Positions 48,083-56,062 of a DNA stretch of 56,062 bases are shown here, piece by piece; position 1 is the first letter of the stretch, and each line of letters starts with the position of its first letter. A program made the position numbers and the translations under genes. The DNA comes from a virus (taxonomy: Duplodnaviria; Caudoviricetes), in IMG/VR virus record IMGVR_UViG_3300025676_000023, positions 1-56,062 of that record; one strand, given 5' to 3'. The notes under the pieces are model-generated. The model had not been told where the DNA came from, searched no databases, and was given only the letters and a program-made list of their open reading frames with translations.

Positions 48083-49074
48083 TAGAATTCAAATGGATCA
48101 TCGGACTCCTGAGCGGGAGAATGTGGCGCTTGGTTTTTCCACCTAGGGCAACCATCCCACTTTCTCACCTCCACTGTTTGTCCTTTTTTTGGTTTCATGT
48201 CGTCTTCATAACTAGACTGCAACACCCTTGAGTCTTTGTCAAGAAGAACATAATACTCAAGGCTATATTTTAAAGGGCACACCCACGTCTTACCTGCGCT
48301 GCACAACCATGAATTTTTACGGTTATCTGCCGCGTAGTTTGCTTGTCCGTCTTTTTCGGTGAAGTTGTTGACTAATTTATATTGAGAGGAGACGTAGTGC
48401 TCGAACCCGTTTATCTGCTCCTCCGTAAACTCTAGCTCCTGAATTGGCGCTTTAGGAAACTTCAGAAACATAAAATTGAAAATGGTACGCTTAGCTTTCG
48501 GCCATAAAGTCCTAGCGGCCAAGACGTACATCATTGCTTGCCCCTCTCCATCTAGGGCTTGCTTGCTGAATTTCTTCTTGCTGCTTTTGTAATCTATGAT
48601 CTTCAGCGTTTTTCCCTTGTCGTAAAGCGCGTGTTTGTCTATGTAGCCTTTAATTACGTACTCTGGGTCTTTGCTTTCTATGAGGAAGTCTTGCTCTGCC
48701 TGTCCTAGCTTTCCGTTGTTGTCTGTGCAAAAGAAATCTTGCTTTAGCCCAACCAAGATCATCTTCTTTATTAATTCATAATTATCAATATTAGGGTCAT
48801 TATTATCCATGTCCGCTAGGACGACTTTCCTTTTGACAAGCCTAGTGATGGCGGCGTCAGCTTCCAGATTGCTGCCCTCTATGATCCTGTCGTAGTTAGA
48901 GCGATGCTTGTCTAGCTGCAAATACTCTAGTACGTGGTGGCATATAGTGCCCCTCCTAGCCCCGTCATTACCTTTGTCTGGCAAGTCTGTGTGGTATTTA
49001 GCCCAATAAAGCTGGGAGCAGTTCTCTAGGGTTTTTAACCTAGAAGCGGATATGTATTTCTTTTTATCACTCAT
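48082..49074 (-). CDS. PD-(D/E)XK exonuclease (RecB/AddB/Cas4-like)
   Basis: 'ISASRLKTLENC', 'RGTICHHVLE', 'KGYID', 'IIDYKSSK', 'QAMMY', C-terminal Cys residues. Confidence 0.85.
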   Translation of the reverse strand: MSDKKKYISASRLKTLENCSQLYWAKYHTDLPDKGNDGARRGTICHHVLEYLQLDKHRSNYDRIIEGSNLEADAAITRLVKRKVVLADMDNNDPNIDNYELIKKMILVGLKQDFFCTDNNGKLGQAEQDFLIESKDPEYVIKGYIDKHALYDKGKTLKIIDYKSSKKKFSKQALDGEGQAMMYVLAARTLWPKAKRTIFNFMFLKFPKAPIQELEFTEEQINGFEHYVSSQYKLVNNFTEKDGQANYAADNRKNSWLCSAGKTWVCPLKYSLEYYVLLDKDSRVLQSSYEDDMKPKKGQTVEVRKWDGCPRWKNQAPHSPAQESDDPFEF

Positions 49075-49978
49075 CGATACTTTTCGCCCAATCTAAGATT
49101 TGTTCTTTAGACATTTCCCCGAAATCCCCATGAGTAGGTAATATAACCCTAACTTGGTGTGAGTCAAAGTAATTCAAGAGTTTTTTCTCGGCTTTTTCAG
49201 CGGCCCTGTTTCCCGCCCCACTACTTTTACTGTCATCGTTAAAGGAGACTATTATTTTTGATAAATTAAACCTGATAAAAGCCCCCACCAGCTCGGCGTT
49301 CAGATCAAGGCCAAATGATACGGCCACGTTCTTTACCCCGCAATCCCACAGGGAAAGCATGTCTCCAATGCTTTCGACTATAATGACTGACCTTGAGCTC
49401 TTAATTATTTCATGATTTAAATAGAGTGGGTATTTCCACTTTGATTTATCACCTATAAGTTTCCACTTGGGTCTCTTATCGTTTGGTTTTAAATCTCTAC
49501 CAGCAAAACCAGCGATATTTCTTTTCGCATCAAAAATTGGAAACACGTATCTGTTTGCCATCCTGCCTTCAAGCACAACTCCGCCTTTAAATTCGGCAAC
49601 TGAGTATTCAGATACGCCCCTATCAACCCAGTAGGAATGATCTGGGGATAGCTTGGTCAGTGAGTCTTTTGAGAATCTTTTGGGCATTCTTAGTTCTGGT
49701 TTATCTTTGTGTTCTATCCCAGCGGCTATACCCTTAGTGGATAGCCAGCTTCTCGCTTCATCTATGCTTTTGAGATTTAGGGTTATCTTAACTAGGTCGT
49801 CAAAGCTTCCCGTCATGTTTCGGGCGAAGTCAACGAATCGACCATTCTTTTTATTTACTGCTAAAACTGTGTTGTTGTCAGAGTCTCTATATATTGGTCT
49901 GGTTCTGTATTCCTTGTGGTTCTCGATTATATTTGTATAGCCAAGCTCCATTAATACTTCTTTGTAATTTTGACTCAA
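49067..49978 (-). CDS. dnaG: DNA primase (TOPRIM)
   Basis: 'NRYVFPIFD', 'GFAGRDL', 'PKWK', 'IIVESIGD', 'AGNRAA', 'DFGEM'; TTG start. Confidence 0.85.
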   Translation of the reverse strand: MSQNYKEVLMELGYTNIIENHKEYRTRPIYRDSDNNTVLAVNKKNGRFVDFARNMTGSFDDLVKITLNLKSIDEARSWLSTKGIAAGIEHKDKPELRMPKRFSKDSLTKLSPDHSYWVDRGVSEYSVAEFKGGVVLEGRMANRYVFPIFDAKRNIAGFAGRDLKPNDKRPKWKLIGDKSKWKYPLYLNHEIIKSSRSVIIVESIGDMLSLWDCGVKNVAVSFGLDLNAELVGAFIRFNLSKIIVSFNDDSKSSGAGNRAAEKAEKKLLNYFDSHQVRVILPTHGDFGEMSKEQILDWAKSIDE

Positions 49979-51492
49979 AGTATCCCGTCTCCGTCTCCTT
50001 GAAACTGATCCTCCAAAGCGTATGTTTCTCTGGCTCTGTCGCAGATATTTCTTAGCGACCCTTTCTCTTGAACCTCAAAATTCTCCACCGAGAAGTTCAG
50101 GTAATTCATTATGTATTTTTGAGAGCCGTCAGGAAATAAACGCTGTAGATAATCTTGATGCCCCATAGCGTCCTTGCCTTGGAATCGACTTTTCAATGGG
50201 ATTAGCTTGTGTGTTCCTGAGTCAAATACAAGTCTTCCGCTCTCATCGTACTCATTGTCGGAAGCAATCTCGTCCAGAGTTTTCCTTCTGAAGATCGCCG
50301 TGAACGCTGCGTACCATTGGAGTCTATCTGAAAGCGATATCGCCGAACTGTCATCGACAAGTGATGAGCCCGTCCTGTTTCTGTTCTCGCCGCTTCTGTT
50401 AAGCTGCATGGCTGTTAGCAGTGGGGCGTTGACCTCTTCCGCTATCTCTTTAAGTCTGCTTATCTTTTCTCCGATGGCTTGGTACTCGGCCCAGTTCTGA
50501 CCGACTTTCTCCCCCGTAAGCTTAACGTAATCGTAAGCGATCAGGCACTTATTGCCCCTGCCCACCTCCTTGTAATACCACCTTCTGATAATTGAGCAGA
50601 TTTGATCTATGCTTTTATTGCTAACGTGCATGTGGTAATAGTCGTTATTCTCCTTCAAGACCTTTGCGGCTCCGCGAACTTTGTCATAGTATTCTGGGTT
50701 CTTCCTCCAATTGCCTGTCTCCAGATGCCAAGTGGGTACGCCCGTCAATGAAGATATCATTCTGAATTTGATTTCTTCAGTGGTCATCTCCGTGTCTAAG
50801 ATCAAGGCTTTGATACCGTTTACCTTCGCGCTTTTGAAGCACACATCGTTTAGCCAAGTGGTTTTGCCTTCGCCTGGCCTAGACGCAATCGCGTATACGT
50901 GACCGCATCTGAACCCTCCGTACAACCTATTAAACTCTGGGTAAGGGCTAGCAAAGCCGCTTTCTGATTCTGGATTGTTTCCAGCTTCCTCAACTAAATC
51001 TAGCAAATCATCAGTTATCTTCTCTGGCTTATCTGACTCTGCATAGTTAGATATTTTGTCATTATAAATCGAATCGCAATCTCCAACAATTTCATCTACG
51101 TTTTTAGAGCCGTTTGTTTCTACCTCTAACTTTAGCTTGTCCGCTGTGGTCTCAATTTCTCTTCTGATTCTGAACTTCAATAACTCTTTAGCGGCCTCTA
51201 TGATCGCTCGCTGGTTGATTTGAATGAACGATAAGTGTTCTATGTAATCATAAATATTAATATCATCTTTAAATGAAACGCCCAGCTCTTTGATCTTGCT
51301 TGCCAAGAGAACCTTGTCTATCGTTTCGTTCTGATAAGAACAGCTTTTGATTACGTTGAATATTGTATAATGAACGTCATTGTAGAAGTCTTTTTCCGTT
51401 ATAAACCCATCAATCTCTAAGAAAACATCTGGATACCGAATCAACCCCGCTAGTACATGTCGTTCAACTTCTAGGGAATAGATTTTACTCAT
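49975..51492 (-). CDS. dnaB: Replicative DNA helicase
   Basis: Walker A 'SRPGEGKT', 'DTEM', 'YDYVKL', 'QLNR'; probable start MSKIYS at 51492 behind its own promoter. Confidence 0.92.
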   Translation of the reverse strand: MSKIYSLEVERHVLAGLIRYPDVFLEIDGFITEKDFYNDVHYTIFNVIKSCSYQNETIDKVLLASKIKELGVSFKDDINIYDYIEHLSFIQINQRAIIEAAKELLKFRIRREIETTADKLKLEVETNGSKNVDEIVGDCDSIYNDKISNYAESDKPEKITDDLLDLVEEAGNNPESESGFASPYPEFNRLYGGFRCGHVYAIASRPGEGKTTWLNDVCFKSAKVNGIKALILDTEMTTEEIKFRMISSLTGVPTWHLETGNWRKNPEYYDKVRGAAKVLKENNDYYHMHVSNKSIDQICSIIRRWYYKEVGRGNKCLIAYDYVKLTGEKVGQNWAEYQAIGEKISRLKEIAEEVNAPLLTAMQLNRSGENRNRTGSSLVDDSSAISLSDRLQWYAAFTAIFRRKTLDEIASDNEYDESGRLVFDSGTHKLIPLKSRFQGKDAMGHQDYLQRLFPDGSQKYIMNYLNFSVENFEVQEKGSLRNICDRARETYALEDQFQGDGDGIL

Positions 51493-51501
51493 ATGAGTAC
51501 A

Positions 51502-51531
51502 AGCATAACGCCAACTTGATCTACGGTCAAG
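51502..51531 (-). promoter_or_regulatory. Sigma70-type promoter TTGACC-N17-TATGCT with palindrome, upstream of dnaB
   Basis: 17-nt spacer; ATG 9 nt downstream; CTTGA-N7-TCAAG. Confidence 0.7.
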
Positions 51532-51853
51532 AATTTTCGTCGAGATCGTCGAAGGGACCACCTTCGTCTTCGTCATCGACGTCGTTATCTTCGGGAGGCA
51601 CATCTTCAAGAATATCTTCCTCCAGCCCCATCTCCATAGAGGCTACTGTGTTTTCCAAGGTGACCGCATCGACTGCCAGACTCCAATTCTGAATATAGTG
51701 CTGTAAAGCCATAGCCTTAGAGGCATCATCAAAATGGCTATTTACTACGGGATATCCATCATCGCCAAAAGAGAACATGATGAATCCCCCGTTGCTCTTC
51801 TCGTTCATATGCCTGAGAAGCGGCTTGTCTACTTTTTGGGGTGCTTTGGACAT
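51527..51853 (-). CDS. Hypothetical protein with an acidic C-terminus
   Basis: Clean ORF filling the gap; preceded by a GTGTAA motif. Confidence 0.65.
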   Translation of the reverse strand: MSKAPQKVDKPLLRHMNEKSNGGFIMFSFGDDGYPVVNSHFDDASKAMALQHYIQNWSLAVDAVTLENTVASMEMGLEEDILEDVPPEDNDVDDEDEGGPFDDLDENS

Positions 51854-51862
51854 TTAATTTTA

Positions 51863-52282
51863 TTACACGATAGAAATCCCGTATAGTTCTTTTAAATAAT
51901 CGGGAGATAGCTCTTTTAAATCCTTTTCATAAATTTCCATAATTATAAAATTGTTTAATTCTAGCCACTCTCTTTTTTGGACGTCTCTCTTTATTGATTC
52001 TAGGTATTTAGCTCTTGAATTTCCATGAAAAAACTTATTGAAACTGTCGTGCTGGGGGCCGTTGACTTCTACGGCAATCTTTTTAGTCATGTTTACGATG
52101 TCTACTTTCAGTCTAGTTCCGTATACTGGAAACTCTTCGTAGACTATATGGTTCTCCCAGTACCCCTTGAAGAATTGCTTTACGTTAAATTGCAGCTTAG
52201 ATCGAGACTTTTTACCCCACTTAATGAGGTATTTAGTAACAGACTTGCTCTGAAGTTTTCCCCTGACGTTATAGAGTCTCAC
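51863..52282 (-). CDS. Vsr/DUF559-like endonuclease
   Basis: 'SKLQ', 'EEFPV', 'VDIV...AVEVNGPQH', 'RDVQKREW'. Confidence 0.75.
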   Translation of the reverse strand: MRLYNVRGKLQSKSVTKYLIKWGKKSRSKLQFNVKQFFKGYWENHIVYEEFPVYGTRLKVDIVNMTKKIAVEVNGPQHDSFNKFFHGNSRAKYLESIKRDVQKREWLELNNFIIMEIYEKDLKELSPDYLKELYGISIV

Positions 52283-52664
52283 GATTGAGCAGTCTTTCTT
52301 CGTGGTGAAGGATTTGGTGGCAGTTGGCGCAAAGAGTTTGGCATTTTTCCATTTCTTTTTTAATGGCTTCCATACTGTAGCCCCTGTTTACCGCGTTTCC
52401 TATTTCAAACAACTTCTCTTCCCCTTCTCTGTGATGATGTTGTAACGCTCTCCAATCATCAAAGTCGCATAGCTCGCACTTTTTATTAAATTTAATTTCG
52501 TTTAATTGCTCTCTGGAGTTGTGTCTCCTTTTCTTTTTGGAGGAACTATAACACTGGTTACATTTCAGCCGAAAATACGTTTTTCCTTTAAGGATATTCG
52601 CAACAGCGAAATGACCACCCTTCACCTGCTCGCCCCTCTCTTTATTGCAGTATTTACAAATCAT
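52269..52664 (-). CDS. Zn-finger HNH endonuclease
   Basis: CKYC, CNQC, CELC, 'ALQHHH', 'KCQTLCANCHQILH'. Confidence 0.85.
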   Translation of the reverse strand: MICKYCNKERGEQVKGGHFAVANILKGKTYFRLKCNQCYSSSKKKRRHNSREQLNEIKFNKKCELCDFDDWRALQHHHREGEEKLFEIGNAVNRGYSMEAIKKEMEKCQTLCANCHQILHHEERLLNRETL

Positions 52665-52672
52665 TATTAAAT

Positions 52673-53089
<417 letters not shown>

Positions 53090-53094
53090 ATAAA

Positions 53095-53616
53095 TTATTT
53101 ACACCATTCCCAAGTCTTTAGACCATCTCTAATGTCTTGAGTTTTGATTTGCGTTAGTACGTCTTTCCTGCCGTTTCTTGAGTATAATTTGTACTTAGCT
53201 AGGCGTCCCTCCGAGACTCTGGTTTTAGTATCTGTTATGAGTTTTTTACATAACTCTCTCAACTCTGATCTTCTCGCTATTAAAAACGTGCTCTTCAACT
53301 CAAAGGCTATAAAATCAGCCTTGCCTTTAATCCACCCAGCTTTTCCGTTCACATTAAGGAACTCAATCCATGTCCAGTCATCGTTAAATTCAGAGTCTCC
53401 CCTGCTTGTCCTCTTTCTAGACTTCACGTCAAAAGACTTCATGTCTCCAGCCTTATTTTTTACGTGATAGTCTATGTGATCATACATATCCTGCTGCTTT
53501 GAAGACTTGATGGCTTCGTACCCCTTCTTGCCGCACACTTCCACAAATAGGTCTTCGGCTTTTTTGCCTATTTCGAAACTGTCGTCATCAGGTTTTAGGT
53601 TGGCGTTAACTCTCAT
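53095..53616 (-). CDS. PD-(D/E)XK family nuclease-like protein
   Basis: 'GKKAEDLF', 'HIDYHV', 'FDVKSRK'. Confidence 0.65.
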   Translation of the reverse strand: MRVNANLKPDDDSFEIGKKAEDLFVEVCGKKGYEAIKSSKQQDMYDHIDYHVKNKAGDMKSFDVKSRKRTSRGDSEFNDDWTWIEFLNVNGKAGWIKGKADFIAFELKSTFLIARRSELRELCKKLITDTKTRVSEGRLAKYKLYSRNGRKDVLTQIKTQDIRDGLKTWEWCK

Positions 53617-53622
53617 AGCTCA

Positions 53623-53652
53623 TATATATCAGCTACTTGCAGAATGATCAAC
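53623..53652 (-). promoter_or_regulatory. Weaker sigma70-type promoter TTGATC-N17-TATATA with a degenerate palindrome
   Basis: Same spacing as the other copies; ATG 6 nt downstream. Confidence 0.5.
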
Positions 53653-54742
53653 TCTTTTTTAGGGCATTTCTGAATTTGTTGAACAAATACTTTCCAATCT
53701 CTGGGTTCTCTGAAAAGTACTTCCTCAAGTTGTCCATGCCTTGGTGCTGTTTTTTGAACTCTAATTTCGTTTCTTTCTCGACTTCTTGGCAGAGCTCATC
53801 AGCAATCGTCACCCAAGCGCCTTTGGCTACGGCCATGTCCCATTGCAAAAGCATATCTACGACTTCGTACTCTACCCACACGCTTTGACCTTCACCCGCT
53901 CGATACTTAATGGGATATTTTACAAGGGTTCCCGTTTTTTCGTTTGGGGTTTTTCTGAAGATGATTTTGCACCAATGACCAAGCATGTCGCCCTTGCCGT
54001 TCGGTTGAGTGCTAATTAAGTCTTTGTTGTACCTTTCTTGAAACTCTAGAATCCAATCACTGTAATGAAGCAAAGCGTTACCCCCAGAAGCGTTGGTAAG
54101 CTTGGGGTCCTCTTTAGCGTAAGGGTTAATGCTTACCTTGCTCCGCACTTGCGAAATCATGAAACAGATGTGGCCGCGAGTAGCAAGCCCCAAAGCCATG
54201 CGCTTGAGAAACGCCGAGCTAATTAAAGAGCCTCCCGCTACTTTCACCGCGTCATCAGAGCCTTTTTCTAGATCGCCGCGAGGAATAAGGGCGTCCATAG
54301 AGTCGATAATAAACATGTAGTTGTACTCTTCTGGATTGTCTTGGACCAAGCATCTCATGAAATCGACCACAGACTCGTAAACATTGCTTTTGTAAACAAA
54401 CCATTTTTTCTTGTTGGTGTCGATTCCAGCGCGAGAGATCATATCGTCAGACAACCTACCTTCGGCTTTGATGTAAACCACCATCCTTTTTTCTTCTTTT
54501 TGGAAATTGCGAGCAAAAGCAAGGGCGCATGAAGTTTTGCCCCCCTCGGATACTCCAGTCGCTCTTACAACGCCTGGACGAATACCTCCGCCCATTTCAA
54601 TATCTAGAAGCAAGCTTCCGCTGGAAACGCTGTAGTGGTGATCCTTCTCAAAATTATAGTGATCATTTTTATGCTGATTCAGGTACGCCTCTATTTGTGT
54701 GAGCGGGGACGTTTCGTCGCTTGTTTTTTTAGTTTTCGCCAT
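53648..54742 (-). CDS. recA: RecA/UvsX-like recombinase
   Basis: 'SSGSLLLDIEMGGG', Walker A 'GVSEGGKT', 'IIDSMDAL', 'ISQVR', 'SGGNALLHY'. Confidence 0.9.
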   Translation of the reverse strand: MAKTKKTSDETSPLTQIEAYLNQHKNDHYNFEKDHHYSVSSGSLLLDIEMGGGIRPGVVRATGVSEGGKTSCALAFARNFQKEEKRMVVYIKAEGRLSDDMISRAGIDTNKKKWFVYKSNVYESVVDFMRCLVQDNPEEYNYMFIIDSMDALIPRGDLEKGSDDAVKVAGGSLISSAFLKRMALGLATRGHICFMISQVRSKVSINPYAKEDPKLTNASGGNALLHYSDWILEFQERYNKDLISTQPNGKGDMLGHWCKIIFRKTPNEKTGTLVKYPIKYRAGEGQSVWVEYEVVDMLLQWDMAVAKGAWVTIADELCQEVEKETKLEFKKQHQGMDNLRKYFSENPEIGKYLFNKFRNALKKS

Positions 54743-55079
54743 CTTTTAAAAAATCCATTGTTGTTTTAATCTTCTTTTTAACCTCTTTGTCTTCTCCTAT
54801 CTTGTCACTTAATATAGCCCCACCTTCCGATGGTTTCAAGTTAAGATTCTTTCTTCTTTCTAGATTCTGTAATAAAGATACGCCGTCGTCCGTCAGAAAG
54901 TAAGAAAGGGAAAACACGGGGTCTTGGGTTTGGACTGACAGCCAGAATTTGATGTCGGAATTAACCGCAAGCAGTTGTTTGGCTATTTTGATCTCCTTGC
55001 CCCAGAAAATCTTAGGAGCATGTCCGCAAAAGTGATTGACTAAAAGCTGGCATTTCTTGTGGTTACTTGGGGCTGGCAT
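54729..55079 (-). CDS. Hypothetical protein
   Basis: Clean ORF behind a promoter, overlapping the recA start. Confidence 0.6.
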   Translation of the reverse strand: MPAPSNHKKCQLLVNHFCGHAPKIFWGKEIKIAKQLLAVNSDIKFWLSVQTQDPVFSLSYFLTDDGVSLLQNLERRKNLNLKPSEGGAILSDKIGEDKEVKKKIKTTMDFLKDGEN

Positions 55080-55084
55080 AACTA

Positions 55085-55114
55085 TTTATATCATGCACTT
55101 GATGGGCAGTCAAG
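55085..55114 (-). promoter_or_regulatory. Sigma70-type promoter TTGACT-N17-TATAAA with palindrome; apparently leaderless
   Basis: 17-nt spacer; ATG 5 nt downstream; CTTGA-N7-TCAAG. Confidence 0.65.
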
Positions 55115-55118
55115 GGGA

Positions 55119-56062
55119 TTACGAAAGGTCGTCATTGATTATTTTAGAGTCCCTCATGTTCAAAACTAAGTGGTCCAACCTATCTTTTGGCGCTTCTAGG
55201 GATGGGTACGGGTAGTGACCAATTATTTTTTCACGGAAAATAACATCTGCCGTGGCTAGGATGCTTTCGGGGGGAGTATTTATTGGGTAAACATAATGAG
55301 CCCAAGGATTCCATTGAAAGCAGCTTTCGGGAGGCGGTTTTCCGAACTCTCTGCAAAACCTGTAAAGAATTAAGCACGGGACTCCGTAGGCAAATGCTAG
55401 GCATTTTAGCCCGCTATCTGCTCCGATGTAGACTCTGGCATTAGAAATTAAACTTGATATTTCTTTTATCGTTCCTGAGATTATTTCTACATTTTCATAT
55501 TTTACTGACCATTCATAGAGGTTATCTTCTGATAGGTCATCTATCACGAAGCACTTGATGTTCGCCCTATCGAAAAGCTTCAAAAGGTCTTCGCAGTATT
55601 CCTTGTCTAATTTATTGGGGCTTGTCGGGGACAAGCCGCTGTTTAAGTGGAAAACTATATACTCTTCGTCTGGCGGAAGAGTTCCTTCAAAATCGGGTTT
55701 GGGGAAAAAATTAAAATATCTATACCAATTAAAATCAAACCTCTTATTGCCCCACATAGTTTGCTTGGTGTCGAAATCATATACCCTATCAAAAGTCCTT
55801 AGCTCTTTTAAGTCTTCCTCTTTGCAGTTTAGGAAGTGGGATTGATAGGGTACTATGCCTCCTTGCGAATCTTCGACCAAACATTTTTTGTATTTTCTTT
55901 CTTTTATGTGCTTTATTTTTTTGTAGAAACTTCCATATAGTTTCTTTAGGCATTCGACTGGGTAGTCTTTCGCGTCCACTGAAAAAGCTGTTATTTCTGC
56001 GTTTGGAAATTTATCTTTTATGGCGGGAATGAACCTGTTGTTGGCTAAGTGGTCTCCAAGCC
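55119..56062 (-). CDS. GT9-like glycosyltransferase, 5'-truncated by the window edge
   Basis: Frame open to the edge: 'LGDHLANNRFIPAIKDKFPNAEIT'; C-terminal 'YIGADSGLKCLAFAYGVP'. Confidence 0.8.
   Translation of the reverse strand, partial: LGDHLANNRFIPAIKDKFPNAEITAFSVDAKDYPVECLKKLYGSFYKKIKHIKERKYKKCLVEDSQGGIVPYQSHFLNCKEEDLKELRTFDRVYDFDTKQTMWGNKRFDFNWYRYFNFFPKPDFEGTLPPDEEYIVFHLNSGLSPTSPNKLDKEYCEDLLKLFDRANIKCFVIDDLSEDNLYEWSVKYENVEIISGTIKEISSLISNARVYIGADSGLKCLAFAYGVPCLILYRFCREFGKPPPESCFQWNPWAHYVYPINTPPESILATADVIFREKIIGHYPYPSLEAPKDRLDHLVLNMRDSKIINDDLS

Noticed and set aside
48082-49074. Cas4 as part of a CRISPR system
   Set aside because: No array or other cas genes; context is replication and recombination.
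51493-51609. N-terminal extension of DnaB in the ORF track
   Set aside because: Overlaps the upstream gene and spans a promoter; start at 51492 is more plausible.

Overview
This window is a 56 kb segment of a large tailed dsDNA phage with a lambda/T5-like non-contractile tail; the tail-fibre domains suggest an aquatic source and the host is not identifiable. Positions 1-38.4 kb hold virion genes: a collagen/LamG fibre, a glycan-modifying cluster, neck proteins, a tail tube, chaperones, a 3717-aa tape measure protein (TMP), an inverted gpM-L-K-I-J tail-tip module and Ig/IPT-rich appendage proteins. Positions 38.4-56 kb (minus strand) hold replication and recombination genes (split DnaE, DEDDh exonuclease, DnaG, DnaB, RecA, Sak-like and SSB-like proteins), several glycosyltransferases and a tmRNA with a 30-aa tag. 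The most striking feature is inside the TMP: eight copies of a G(F/L/M)(V/I)PN(F/Y/L) motif delimit cassettes that include a thermonuclease with intact catalytic motifs, a PD-(D/E)XK-like domain and an HExxH metallopeptidase, suggesting a modular, injected effector polyprotein. Two promoter classes are visible: a GTGTAA motif mainly before virion genes, and apparently leaderless sigma70-type promoters with a CTTG-N9-CAAG palindrome over the -35 box. All calls come from reading motifs by eye; no database searches were run.
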